From Verrucomicrobiota bacterium (GTDB lineage Bacteria > Verrucomicrobiota > Verrucomicrobiia > Limisphaerales > Palsa-1400), in the NCBI GenBank assembly GCA_049510745.1, contig JBEKYR010000018.1:1-64000 (forward strand): a stretch of DNA of 64,000 nt, read 5' to 3'. A program made the position numbers and the translations under genes. Under the pieces are notes generated by a model. It saw only the letters and a program-made list of their open reading frames with translations, did not search any database and was not told where the DNA came from. How positions within the stretch are numbered: the stretch's first letter is position 1; each line of letters opens with the position of its first letter. Below, piece after piece: positions 1 through 9,632 of this stretch.

Positions 1-14
1 TACCTGGACCTGCC

Positions 15-1475
15 ATGAACGCGGAGCGTCTGGGCACATTGGCGCGGCTTCTCCTTCATCTGGCGGTGCTGCGTCCGCTGGTCAGGCTCTATTGCGGCGT
101 GCATGTGACCGGTTCGGCTCACCTCCATGATTTGCCGCGCTTCATCCTCATTGCCAATCACAACAGCCACCTCGATGTGCTCCTGCTCTATTCCCTGCTC
201 TCGGCCCCCGATATCGCCCGGACCCACCCCGTGGCCGACGAACTCTATTTCGTCCGCCACCCCATTGTCTTTGCCCTTGTGAACTTCCTTTTTCAGCCGG
301 TTTGGATTCGCCGCGGACAGGCTGGCCGGCACGACGATCCCTTGCGGGGAATTCAGAACCTGCTTGAGCGCGGCCATAACATCATCCTTTTTCCCGAAGG
401 CACCCGGGGGCGCCCCGGTGAACTGCAGGCCTTCAAGAGCGGGCTGGGGCGGCTGGTCAGTCAGCTTCCCGGCATTCCGATCGTCCCCGTCTTCCTCTCC
501 GGCCCTGAGCGGGTCCTGCCCAAGGGGAGCTTGGTGCCGCTGCCCTTCTGGAGCCAGGTGCTGGTGGGGCCGCCCCAGTTCTGCGCTGGCTCGCCCCGCG
601 ACACGACAAGGCATCTGGAAAACACCCTCCTCGAACTGTCCCGCTCCGGGGCCGCCCGGCGCAGCCCGCGCAAACGCCGTCGCCCCGCGCCGGCGCCGGC
701 CCTGGCGGTTTTAGGCATCGACGGCTCGGGCAAGAGCACCGTCTCGCGGTGGCTGGCCCAGCGCCTCTCCGCCCAGGGCAGCGCCTGCCTGGTCAGTGAC
801 CGCCTGGAATTTTTCGAGCGGGGCGAACTCAAACCGCTTCAGCCGCTCGGCCTGGAAGAAGCGCGCGGGATGATCGGTCGCTACGCCAAGCGCGCCCAAT
901 CCCTGGCCACCTACAAGATCCCCAAGCTGGCCGAACTGGTGCTGCGCGATCGATTGCTCTCCGACGTGAACCGGTGGTACGCCCCGCAGTGGGTTGTCAT
1001 GGACGGATCGCCCCTCCTGAACATGGCGGCCTGGGCGGCTCTCTACGGCCGCGAAGACCTCGATGACGACTCCTTGGCCAAAGCCATAGCCGTCCTGGCC
1101 GGAGATGCTTCCCGCCTGTCTCGATCCGATCCTCTGTTTGATCAGATTCCTGAACTGGCCCTGATGCGCCGTCTGGGCTTGACCCACCTGCAACTCCCCA
1201 GGCTGTTGGTCTTGCTCGATCTCCCGGCCGATCTGGCCTGCGCCCGCATCGCCAGCCGCGGCGGGCCGCGCCAACCCCACGAAACCGAAGAACAGCTCGG
1301 CCGCCTCCGCGAAGCTTACCGGAGGGTCGTCCGCATCACGGCCCGGAAATGGAACGTCCCGGCGCTGGTGGTTGACGGCGCCCGCCCCCTCGACTACGCT
1401 CTGGATGAAGTCTTGCGTTTCGCCGCAGAAAATCTCGAACAGGAACAAAGCCATGGCCACCAGCCGCCGCATTGA
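15..1475 (+). CDS. PlsC-type acyltransferase fused to a C-terminal thymidylate-kinase-like P-loop domain
   Basis: NHNSHLD (HX4D) and FPEGTRG acyltransferase motifs in the N-terminal half; LGIDGSGKST P-loop and ARIASRG..HE lid-like segment in the C-terminal half. ATG overlaps an upstream stop (ATGA; ...YLDLP*). Confidence 0.8.
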   Translation: MNAERLGTLARLLLHLAVLRPLVRLYCGVHVTGSAHLHDLPRFILIANHNSHLDVLLLYSLLSAPDIARTHPVADELYFVRHPIVFALVNFLFQPVWIRRGQAGRHDDPLRGIQNLLERGHNIILFPEGTRGRPGELQAFKSGLGRLVSQLPGIPIVPVFLSGPERVLPKGSLVPLPFWSQVLVGPPQFCAGSPRDTTRHLENTLLELSRSGAARRSPRKRRRPAPAPALAVLGIDGSGKSTVSRWLAQRLSAQGSACLVSDRLEFFERGELKPLQPLGLEEARGMIGRYAKRAQSLATYKIPKLAELVLRDRLLSDVNRWYAPQWVVMDGSPLLNMAAWAALYGREDLDDDSLAKAIAVLAGDASRLSRSDPLFDQIPELALMRRLGLTHLQLPRLLVLLDLPADLACARIASRGGPRQPHETEEQLGRLREAYRRVVRITARKWNVPALVVDGARPLDYALDEVLRFAAENLEQEQSHGHQPPH

Positions 1476-2457
1476 CGTCATTGCCACCTCGATTTCCGGC
1501 TCGGTCAGCGACTGGCGCAAGGTGGACCGCATCGTGCCTCTGTTCCGGAAGCACGGGGAAGAGAATGTGCAATTGGCCGTGCTCGACTCCCACCGCGACG
1601 CCCGCGCCAAGGCCTGCGAACTGGCCCGAGCCGGCTCCACCCTCCTTATTTCGGCCGGTGGTTCGGGCACCTTCAACAGCGTCGTCGAAGGCTGCCTGGA
1701 TGCCGGGGTCGAGTTAAGCCCGTTGCGTTTGGGTTTCCTGCGCAAAGGCTCGGCCGACCTGATCGGCAAAGTGCTGGGCATGCCCGACAACATCGAAGAG
1801 GCCGTGGCCGTGTTTGTCGATTCCATCCGTCATGACCGGATCACGCCCTGCGACATCCTCCAGGCCACCAGTGAGCTGGGCCAGGGCGCGGCCCGGCATT
1901 TCGTCGGATACGGCGGCGCGGAAATTTTCGGCGAAATCCCGCACTTCACGGAAAACCGATTCATCAAATACTACAAGGGAATCCTCAGCGAGTTGTTCGG
2001 TGATCTGGGACCGTTCTTTGTCGGGACCAACCTGGTCATCCTGCGGCGGTTGTTGGCGCCGCGCTATCGCTCGCGCCGGGTTTGGGAGGTGGTGGTCGAT
2101 GGCCAATCCGTGGCCCGCGGACAGTTCCAAGCCATGATCATCGTCAACGGCGACCTGGGGCCGAACCTGCCCCTGGCCAAAGGCGTCCCCTTGGGTTCCG
2201 GCGACTTCCACCTCTTCGCCATCCGCAACCTGGGGCCGGCCCGGCTCCCGGGGCAGTTGCGGGCCGCCTGGAACGCGTCCATCCTCCAAGACCCCGCCCG
2301 CTGGGGATTGGAATCGTTCCGCATCACCCAATCGCTGGTTCTCCGGCCCGGCAACGACGAACCGTTCCCCCTCAACACCGACGGGTCCACCTTCGAATGC
2401 CGGAGAAGCGCCCGGTTCCGCATCGCCGGCCGACTCAATTTCCTGAGCCACCGTTGA
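1453..2457 (+). CDS. Diacylglycerol/lipid kinase family protein (DAGK catalytic domain)
   Basis: AGGSGTFNSVV (GGDGT-like) and LGFLRKGSADLI (GTxNxF-like) motifs, plus NTDG near the C-terminus. Start placed at ATG 1453, overlapping the upstream gene. Confidence 0.75.
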   Translation: MATSRRIDVIATSISGSVSDWRKVDRIVPLFRKHGEENVQLAVLDSHRDARAKACELARAGSTLLISAGGSGTFNSVVEGCLDAGVELSPLRLGFLRKGSADLIGKVLGMPDNIEEAVAVFVDSIRHDRITPCDILQATSELGQGAARHFVGYGGAEIFGEIPHFTENRFIKYYKGILSELFGDLGPFFVGTNLVILRRLLAPRYRSRRVWEVVVDGQSVARGQFQAMIIVNGDLGPNLPLAKGVPLGSGDFHLFAIRNLGPARLPGQLRAAWNASILQDPARWGLESFRITQSLVLRPGNDEPFPLNTDGSTFECRRSARFRIAGRLNFLSHR

Positions 2458-2564
2458 ACGGACCACCGGGGCCTGGCCAGCCGCCCAACAAGGGCCGTGG
2501 ATCTGGAGGCTTGGTTGGAAGTGCTTTCGTCCTGATCGGAACTTAAGTCATGTCCGAATGGCTG

Positions 2565-2593
2565 TTGCCATCAATCAATGGCAATGGTATTGT
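2565..2593 (+). promoter_or_regulatory. sigma70-like promoter overlapped by a palindromic operator (TA autoregulation)
   Basis: TTGCCA-17 bp-TATTGT; the palindrome TTGCCAT-N6-ATGGCAA (2565-2584) covers the -35 box; the ATG follows 8 nt after the -10 box. Confidence 0.55.
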
Positions 2594-2601
2594 AATATGG
2601 T

Positions 2602-2904
2602 ATGAAACATGATCTTGTGCCCATCGATCAGGCAGGCCGGATTGTTCTTCCAAAGAACGTGCGCCAGGAACTTGCCATCAAGCCCGGAGACACATTCAAG
2701 GTCTCAATTGAGGGCGTGGCGGTCACGTTGACGCCGAGCAAGGAAAGCGCGGGATTTGTGCGGAAGGGGAAAGCGCTTGTTTTTTCAACCGTTGGCGACG
2801 AGAGATTGAGCGCGGAAACAGCGCGGGAAATCCTGGAAACTGGCCGGGCGGAACACGATTCCCGAAGCGTCGAAGGTCTCGGCGGTCAAAAGCGCCGGGA
2901 ATGA
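2602..2904 (+). CDS. AbrB/MazE/SpoVT-family antitoxin
   Basis: IDQAGRIVLPKNVRQELAIKPGD swapped-hairpin motif; overlaps the downstream PIN gene. Confidence 0.9.
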   Translation: MKHDLVPIDQAGRIVLPKNVRQELAIKPGDTFKVSIEGVAVTLTPSKESAGFVRKGKALVFSTVGDERLSAETAREILETGRAEHDSRSVEGLGGQKRRE

Positions 2905-3338
2905 AAGTCTTCCTTGACACCAGTGTGCTCGTTGCCGCTGTGATTGAAAAGCACGCGGCGCACGAACGGGCTTTTGCCGCGCTTGAGCGCGTCCAAAACG
3001 GAAAGGATGAGGGCTTTGTTTCTTCCCACAGCCTGGCCGAGCTTTATGCAAATCTGACAAAACTTCCGCCGCCGTTTCGCCATTCACCGGAGCAGGCCTT
3101 GCTCAGCATTGAAGAGAACGTTCTCCCGTACTTTAAAATCTCAAGCCTTGTGGGCAGTGATTACAGCGCGCTGATTCGCGAAGCGGCCCTGGCCGGCATT
3201 CAGGGCGGCACCATTTACGACGCTGTTTTGCTGAAGAGCGCAAGAAAAGCGGGGGTCGATCGAATCTACACGCTGAATTTAAAGCATTTTGAAGCCGTGG
3301 CGCCCAAGAACCTCGGCCTGAAACTGCTCGTTCCGTAA
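2901..3338 (+). CDS. PIN-domain (VapC-like) toxin
   Basis: FLDTSVLV, LAE, IYDAVL and IYTLN PIN motifs. Confidence 0.9.
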   Translation: MKVFLDTSVLVAAVIEKHAAHERAFAALERVQNGKDEGFVSSHSLAELYANLTKLPPPFRHSPEQALLSIEENVLPYFKISSLVGSDYSALIREAALAGIQGGTIYDAVLLKSARKAGVDRIYTLNLKHFEAVAPKNLGLKLLVP

Positions 3339-3673
3339 CGATGCCCGGAAAAAGCGGATTCCTGGAGATGTCAGCCAACAAGAGTTCTGGGCTTCCCTTG
3401 GCGCTTTGGCGTCTTTGGCCCTTTGCGTTTTTCTGTCCTCTGCATTTTGCATTGATCTCTCGTGCTGGCGAAGACGGATTGGAAGACGAAGCCCGCAGTG
3501 AGAAAGGAAAAGAATAAGAGTTGTCTTTTCTCCGCGCCCTCTGCATCTCTGCGCGAGCCTCATGCCGGTTTAGATGCGCGATTTCTAACTTGCTTTCGTT
3601 GTGAGGGTTGGAGGCGAATCAGTGGGTGGAAGAATGCGATTACGCGGGACCCGGTTAACGTTTGACGCGCCTC

Positions 3674-3985
3674 TCATACAAGCATCATGCCAAAAGAACC
3701 GAGAAGAAATAAAAGTGCTCCAATCGCTCCAAGACCGGTACGCGAAATGAAGCTGCCTGGCTTCAGTCGAGAACTCAATCCAGCACAAGCGAGGCCAAAA
3801 AGTAAGACGAAACCACCGATAAAACTGAAAGCCGCAGAACTGCCGTCGCTGGCGAGGGCGAAAATACAAGCCATGAGAAGCACGGCGAACGAAGCGATGA
3901 AAAGAAATCGCCTGAGCCTGAGAACACCAATGACCAAAAGTGTAATTGCCGCTACAAATGGAATTGACTGGAAAACTGTGTCCAT
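3674..3985 (-). CDS. Small multi-TM hypothetical protein (cassette-like)
   Basis: Hydrophobic ORF of lower GC; ATG (MDTVFQ) lies just downstream of the attC-like site. Confidence 0.55.
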   Translation of the reverse strand: MDTVFQSIPFVAAITLLVIGVLRLRRFLFIASFAVLLMACIFALASDGSSAAFSFIGGFVLLFGLACAGLSSRLKPGSFISRTGLGAIGALLFLLGSFGMMLV

Positions 3986-3996
3986 GCGCGTCGAGT

Positions 3997-4086
3997 GGTC
4001 AACGAAAATGCTCACCGAAGCGCCGCCAAAGGCCCTGAATTGAAACCAGGGCGCAATCCGCGCGCTCGCTGGAGCAAAGGTTAGGC
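3997..4086 (-). mobile_element. attC-like integron cassette recombination site
   Basis: Minus strand: GCCTAAC (R'', overlapping the upstream stop) ... GCTCCAGCG / CGGTGAGC (L boxes with an extra base) ... central CCCTG-N9-CAGGG hairpin ... GTTGACC (imperfect R'). Confidence 0.5.
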
Positions 4087-4425
4087 CGTGTTTTCATGTG
4101 TCCGTAATCTCCGACGACGAATCACCTTAGTTAGACAAGCCGCTCCGGCGACAACCAGAAGCGCCCAAATCGCCGAAGCAACGCGAATCCAAACCAGCCA
4201 ATATGCCTCATCTGGATCGTTGGATGTGGGCGGAGCAAATGCAGTCCACGGCTGCAACAGCAGGCCGACGAGCAGCACGAGCACGCAAGCAATCGTGGCA
4301 GCAATCGTCGATTGCTTCCACCATGCCAGCGCAAGCAATCCAGCAACGACCAGAAGAACAGCAGCGATAAGGAGCAATCCGTAAAAGAACGCCGCCTCTG
4401 CCAAACCTGCCATTGCTAATACCAT
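4081..4425 (-). CDS. Small 3-TM hypothetical membrane protein (cassette-like)
   Basis: Three hydrophobic segments; its stop TAA lies inside the GCCTAAC core. Start uncertain. Confidence 0.6.
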   Translation of the reverse strand: MVLAMAGLAEAAFFYGLLLIAAVLLVVAGLLALAWWKQSTIAATIACVLVLLVGLLLQPWTAFAPPTSNDPDEAYWLVWIRVASAIWALLVVAGAACLTKVIRRRRLRTHENTA

Positions 4426-4728
4426 GTGGCCAGTATGCCCAATTCTCGGCGAAAATCGAGCATTTTCCATAATCTGTAAACAGCGAAGTAAAACAAGCAG
4501 AGCCGGAAAGTGAGCCATTCAGCTCTCCAGTTCTGCGGTTGAGTCTCGCCCGCCCCATCCATCATTTCGTCGAAGTAATAAAGCAAACCGCTTGCCGCTC
4601 CGGGAGAATCCGCCTTCTTTTTTGCCGCAAGTCCGATCGCGGCGCGAGGGGTTTCCCCCACCCTTCCGTCCAAAAATCGCAAAACAGGTTGACTCTTGGG
4701 CGGCTTTTGGGAGATTAGCCGCGTTTGT

Positions 4729-6309
4729 ATGGCCAAAATCCAACGCGCGCTGATTTCTGTCTTTGACAAGACGGGCTTGATTGCCTTCGCCCAGGCCCTG
4801 ACCGCCGCCGGCATCGAGATCATCTCCACCGGCGGCACGGCCAAGGCCCTGCGCGAGCACGGCCTCATGGTCAGCGACCTGAGCGCCTACACCGAATTCC
4901 CCGAAATGCTCGATGGCCGCGTCAAAACCCTCCATCCCAAAATCCACGGCGGCCTGCTCTATGTGCGCGGCAACCCCAGCCATGAAGCCGCCGCGCGCAA
5001 GCATGACATCAAACCGATCGATCTGGTGGCGGTCAACCTTTACCCCTTCGCCCAGACCGTCGCCCGGCCGGACGCGACCCTGGCCGAGGCGATCGAGAAC
5101 ATCGACATTGGCGGGCCGTCGATGCTGCGCAGCGCGGCCAAGAACCACGAGAGCGTGACGGTGGTGATGGACCCGGCGGATTACGCCGCGGTGGCCGATC
5201 AAATCCTGGCCGGCGGCAACACCACCCCCGAACTGCGGCGCGCCCTGGCGGTCAAAGTCTTCGCGCACACGGCCGCTTACGACGGGCAGATCGCCGCCTA
5301 CCTCGGCCAAACCTTCGGCGTCCCGGCCGCCGGACTCCCCTCCCCGCCGCCGGCGGGCCGGCCCTGGCCGCCGGTATTGCAGTTGACTCTCAACCGCGCC
5401 CTGGAATTGCGCTACGGCGAGAACCCCCACCAGCGCGCCGCCCTCTACGGCCCTTTTTCCGATTTCTTCCGCCAATTGCACGGCAAGGAGCTTTCCTACA
5501 ACAATATCCTGGACTTGACGGCGGCGGCGGCCCTGGCGGCGGAATTCGCCGGCGAAGCCCCGGCCCTGGTCATTGTCAAGCATACCAACCCCTGCGGCGC
5601 CGCCCAAGGCGCCACCCTGCGGGAGGCCTGGGAAAAAGCCCTCGCCACGGACCGCCAGGCCCCCTTTGGCGGCATCATCGCCGCCAGCCGGACCCTCGAC
5701 CTGCCCTGCGCCGAGGCGGTGGCGGAGATTTTCAGCGAGGTCATCGTCGCGCCCGATTTCGCCCCCGACGCCCTCGAACTGCTGCAAAAGAAACGGAACC
5801 TGCGCTTGCTCAGGGCGCTCAAGTGGCCGGGCAGCGGCCAGTCGGTGGAATTCCGCAGCGTGGGGGCCGATTCGCTTCTGGCCCAGGAACCGGACGGCGG
5901 GAAAATTCCGGCGGAGCAACTGCGGATCGTCACAAAACGGCCCCCGACGGAGGCGGAACTTCAGGCGATGATCTTTGGCTGGAAACTGGTCAAACACGTC
6001 AAATCCAACGCCATCGTGTTCGCCGGGGCCGACCGCACCCTGGCCATTGGCGCGGGCCAGATGAGCCGGGTGGATGCCTGCCGCATCGCCATTTGGAAGG
6101 CGCAGGAAGCCGGACTGTCGCTCTCCGGCAGCGCGGTTTGCAGCGACGCGTTTTTCCCGTTTGCCGACGGCCTGATCGCGGCGGCCAAAGCCGGTGCGAC
6201 CGCCGCCATTCAACCCGGCGGATCGGTCCGCGACGCGGAAGTCATTGCGGCGGCCGATGAGCACGGCATGGCGATGGCGTTCACCGGCGTGCGCCATTTC
6301 CGGCACTGA
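4729..6309 (+). CDS. purH: Bifunctional AICAR transformylase/IMP cyclohydrolase
   Basis: [45 protein letters not shown] and C-terminal RHFRH. Confidence 0.98.
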   Translation: MAKIQRALISVFDKTGLIAFAQALTAAGIEIISTGGTAKALREHGLMVSDLSAYTEFPEMLDGRVKTLHPKIHGGLLYVRGNPSHEAAARKHDIKPIDLVAVNLYPFAQTVARPDATLAEAIENIDIGGPSMLRSAAKNHESVTVVMDPADYAAVADQILAGGNTTPELRRALAVKVFAHTAAYDGQIAAYLGQTFGVPAAGLPSPPPAGRPWPPVLQLTLNRALELRYGENPHQRAALYGPFSDFFRQLHGKELSYNNILDLTAAAALAAEFAGEAPALVIVKHTNPCGAAQGATLREAWEKALATDRQAPFGGIIAASRTLDLPCAEAVAEIFSEVIVAPDFAPDALELLQKKRNLRLLRALKWPGSGQSVEFRSVGADSLLAQEPDGGKIPAEQLRIVTKRPPTEAELQAMIFGWKLVKHVKSNAIVFAGADRTLAIGAGQMSRVDACRIAIWKAQEAGLSLSGSAVCSDAFFPFADGLIAAAKAGATAAIQPGGSVRDAEVIAAADEHGMAMAFTGVRHFRH

Positions 6310-6341
6310 GAGCGCCCTTCTTCCTTCCCGCGTTGGCTGGT

Positions 6342-6728
6342 TCAGGGAAGCAGAGCATAGACCAGGGCCACCTGGCCGAGGCAGAGCGCGCCCAAAGCAA
6401 TCCAGGTCAGCCATTCCCGCGCCGCCAGCGAGGAGAGGCGGACCGGGCTGAGGCCGAAGCGGATTTTCACCGCTCCCAGAGTCAGCACGTCCCCGTTGCG
6501 CAGGAGAGCGCGCCGCACCGGGGTGCCGTTGACGCTGAGCAAAGCATCCGGTTCGACTTCAACGATCAAGCCGTCCTGCCGCCAGTCGATCTGAAAATGC
6601 CGGGGCCAGACGCCGGCATCGTCCAACGCCAGATCGGAGTCTTGTGACCGGCCCGCCCGAATGGGAAAGCGGGCGCTTTGGAAGGTCGTGCCCGTTCGGT
6701 TCCCGGACTGGATTTGCAGTTGAACCAT
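6342..6728 (-). CDS. FHA-domain protein with C-terminal TM anchor
   Basis: AGRS..SDL.L.D.GV...H, VNG and LRNGDVLTLG FHA pattern; hydrophobic C-terminus. Confidence 0.8.
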   Translation of the reverse strand: MVQLQIQSGNRTGTTFQSARFPIRAGRSQDSDLALDDAGVWPRHFQIDWRQDGLIVEVEPDALLSVNGTPVRRALLRNGDVLTLGAVKIRFGLSPVRLSSLAAREWLTWIALGALCLGQVALVYALLP

Positions 6729-7367
6729 TTACCAGAAACGGCGCGGAACATAAATTTTGTCCCCCGGATAAACGGGCAAATCCAGTTCCGGGCGCTTCAA
6801 CGCCTTGACGCAATCAATAATGAACATCGTGCCGTCCACCCGTGTCAACTGCACCTTTTTCTTGTTGGCAAACGGGGTGAAATCGCCGGCGGCCTGAATG
6901 GCGCCGGTCACCGTGATGGGGCCTGAGTAGAGAATCCGCCCGCCACCGCTGCCGCTGTTATTGACCTGGCCTCCGACAAAGAAAAAGCGCATCGGCGGCG
7001 TGACCGTGACGTTGATATGCTTGTACCAGGCCGGCACGTAGAGCGCCTGGATGTCATTCTGAACCTGCCCGGGCGTCTTGCCCTCAGCAGGGACGTGGCC
7101 GATGAAAGGCAGATTGATGGACCCGTCCGCCGCGATGTCCTGCTCAATGGGTTGAATGGGGTCCGGTGTCCCGCTGAGTTCCACTCTGACCCTGTCGCCC
7201 ACGCGCAAAGGACCCAGATTGTTTGTGGGCGTGGCTTTCGGCGTGGCGGAATGGTACGGCTGGTCGGCCTGCGGCTGACTGGTGTCGCACCCGGCCAAGC
7301 ACGCCGCCACCGCCAGGCCGCACAACGGATAAAGACAGCGCCGAAGATTATCGCGTAAGAGTCTCAT
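6729..7367 (-). CDS. Polysaccharide export lipoprotein (Wza/Poly_export + SLBB)
   Basis: Lipobox LAGC; LRVGD, DGSINLPFIG, GQV, AIQAAG and PGDKIYVP. Confidence 0.9.
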   Translation of the reverse strand: MRLLRDNLRRCLYPLCGLAVAACLAGCDTSQPQADQPYHSATPKATPTNNLGPLRVGDRVRVELSGTPDPIQPIEQDIAADGSINLPFIGHVPAEGKTPGQVQNDIQALYVPAWYKHINVTVTPPMRFFFVGGQVNNSGSGGGRILYSGPITVTGAIQAAGDFTPFANKKKVQLTRVDGTMFIIDCVKALKRPELDLPVYPGDKIYVPRRFW

Positions 7368-7393
7368 ATTCAAAGCCTTGCAATTAAACCGAA

Positions 7394-9550
7394 TCAATAC
7401 TTCTGCTTGATTTCGATTTTGGCCTCTTTTGCGGCCTCACTGAGTTGGACAACTGTCTGGTCTTTATGTTGAGACTGATACTCGTAATAACCGCTGTAAT
7501 AGTAGTAATTCTCATCCTGGCTCATGTTGATGTTGTTCAACACGATGCCGATCAGGTTGCCGCCCACTTTGAGAATCATCTGTTTGGCCCGCAAGGTCAT
7601 CGGCTGCGGGTAGCGGCGGTACTGGATGACTTGCAGCACCATGTCCATTTCGCTGGCCAGGATGGACGCGTCGCTCACGCCCAGCAGCGGCGGCGAATCA
7701 AAGAAGATGAAATCATAGCGGCGTTTGAGTTCCTGGATCGTTTCCTTCATTTGCGGCGACCCCAAAATGCTCATGGAACTGCTGGGCAATTTCCCGCTCG
7801 CCATAAAATCCAGGGTCGGCACTTTGGTTTTTTGAATCACCTCGTCCAACGACCGCTGCTTGAGCAGAAAGTCGGTCAGTCCCACCGTGTTGGAAACGTG
7901 CAGAACCTTGTGCAGCGTCGGGCGCCGCAAATCCGAATCCACCACCAAAGTGCGCTGGCCGTTCTGGGCGAAAACCGTGGCCAAATTGAACAGCGTGGTG
8001 GATTTGCCCTCGCCCGCGCCGCCGCTCAGCACGGAAATGGTGTTCCAGCTCTCGTTCTTGCGCGAAAAGAGCAGGTTGGTGCGCAAGACCCGGTAGGCTT
8101 CGGCATGCGGACTTTCCGTCCCCTCCTCCAGGATCACGCCCACGTTCTGGGGGATGACACCCAGCACGGGCGCCTGCAACGCCCGCTCCACGTCGTCAAT
8201 CGTCTTGACGCTGGTGTCCAGGTACTCAATGAAGAAGGCCAGGCCCAGGCCGACGATCAGGCCCACAATGATGCCCAGGGGAATTATCACCGTGCTCTTT
8301 GGGCTGACGGCCTTCTTTTCCGGCCGGCCCGGATCGCGCACCACCACGATGCTCCCCATCGGCTGGTTCTCTTCCGTCACTTCCTCAATCAGCCGCGTTT
8401 GCAGCAAGTCCCGAATCCGTTTGAGGTTTTCCGCCTTGGCTTTCTCGCTGTAATAGGGCTGGCGTTGCTTGGCCGACTGGTTCCGCTGCTGTTTGATCGC
8501 GTCTTCGTTGCGCTGAATGATCTCAAGATACGCCTTGTCTTCCTCCACCCGGGTCCTGATGCCATTGACAATGCCCTCGACTTTCGCGTCATAATCCCGC
8601 TGGGATTGATCAAGTTGCTTGCGGGCTGTCTGGTAAAGGGGGTTTTGCTCGCCGTAATCGGTCATGGCCTGGGACATCTTGTCTTTGGCTTGCGCCAGAC
8701 GATACGCATACTCCGTCAATTCGGGGTCGTTATGATTCGGGTAGGCTGTGGCGATTGCCACTCCCAACTTCTCGCGCGGGATGGCTTCCAGCTTGGCAAG
8801 AATATTGCTGTACTGACCATAATCGGCCGCCGCCGTCACTTCATCGTGCGCCCATTCCCTGAGGCTCTCGGATTCAATCGTATCGCTGATCGGGCTTTGG
8901 TCGAAGAACTCGCCGATGTTCAAATCCACCCGCAACTGATTCAGATTGCTTTCCGCCAGATCCACACTGTGCTGGGTTTCGTCCAACATTCTCTGGAGAG
9001 ACTCGATGCCCCGGCCGCGGGTGCCTTTCCATTGGTCCAGGCGCGAGCGCCGGTACGACTCGGCGATGCCATTGACAATGTTGGCCGCCAGTTGCGCGTC
9101 CGGATTCTTCACCGAAACCTCAATCAGGCTGGTCATGCGGGTTTGTTCGACCGAGATCTTGTGGGAGAGATATTCGTAGGTGTCATCCAGGGTCCACCGG
9201 CTGTAGCCGTTTTGCTGGGCCAATTTCTCGTCCAAATGCAGGCTGACGATCACATTGGTGAGGATGGACCAGGACTCAATGATCTTAAACTGGGTGGTCA
9301 GAAAATAAGGGTCCGTGCCGATCGTCAGTTGCCGGCCCTCGGCGATCGGCACCTCCGGCGTGTCCTTTTCCACCTGAATCCGCACCATGCTCGAATACTG
9401 TTTGGGCAGCCAGATCGTCAGCAGGGTGCTCGTCATCAAACAGAGCAGAAACACCACCAGAATCAGGCTCCGCCGCAAACGGATCACCCGCCAATAGTCC
9501 AGAAAATGCAGTTTTGTCTCGGTCGCTTCGCTTTGTGTTACGGCATCCAT
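7394..9550 (-). CDS. Polysaccharide co-polymerase / BY-kinase (Wzc-like)
   Basis: Two TMs flanking a coiled-coil periplasmic region; EAYRVLRTN, GEGKST, DSDLRRP, DSPP; C-terminal Tyr cluster YYYYSGYYEY. Confidence 0.93.
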   Translation of the reverse strand: MDAVTQSEATETKLHFLDYWRVIRLRRSLILVVFLLCLMTSTLLTIWLPKQYSSMVRIQVEKDTPEVPIAEGRQLTIGTDPYFLTTQFKIIESWSILTNVIVSLHLDEKLAQQNGYSRWTLDDTYEYLSHKISVEQTRMTSLIEVSVKNPDAQLAANIVNGIAESYRRSRLDQWKGTRGRGIESLQRMLDETQHSVDLAESNLNQLRVDLNIGEFFDQSPISDTIESESLREWAHDEVTAAADYGQYSNILAKLEAIPREKLGVAIATAYPNHNDPELTEYAYRLAQAKDKMSQAMTDYGEQNPLYQTARKQLDQSQRDYDAKVEGIVNGIRTRVEEDKAYLEIIQRNEDAIKQQRNQSAKQRQPYYSEKAKAENLKRIRDLLQTRLIEEVTEENQPMGSIVVVRDPGRPEKKAVSPKSTVIIPLGIIVGLIVGLGLAFFIEYLDTSVKTIDDVERALQAPVLGVIPQNVGVILEEGTESPHAEAYRVLRTNLLFSRKNESWNTISVLSGGAGEGKSTTLFNLATVFAQNGQRTLVVDSDLRRPTLHKVLHVSNTVGLTDFLLKQRSLDEVIQKTKVPTLDFMASGKLPSSSMSILGSPQMKETIQELKRRYDFIFFDSPPLLGVSDASILASEMDMVLQVIQYRRYPQPMTLRAKQMILKVGGNLIGIVLNNINMSQDENYYYYSGYYEYQSQHKDQTVVQLSEAAKEAKIEIKQKY

Positions 9551-9632
9551 AGTTTAAAAAAAAGAAAGCCAGATCGTATGCGGGAGATACGTTCCAGCCT
9601 TCTGCGCCAAAGGTCAATTTTTTTCTTTTTAT

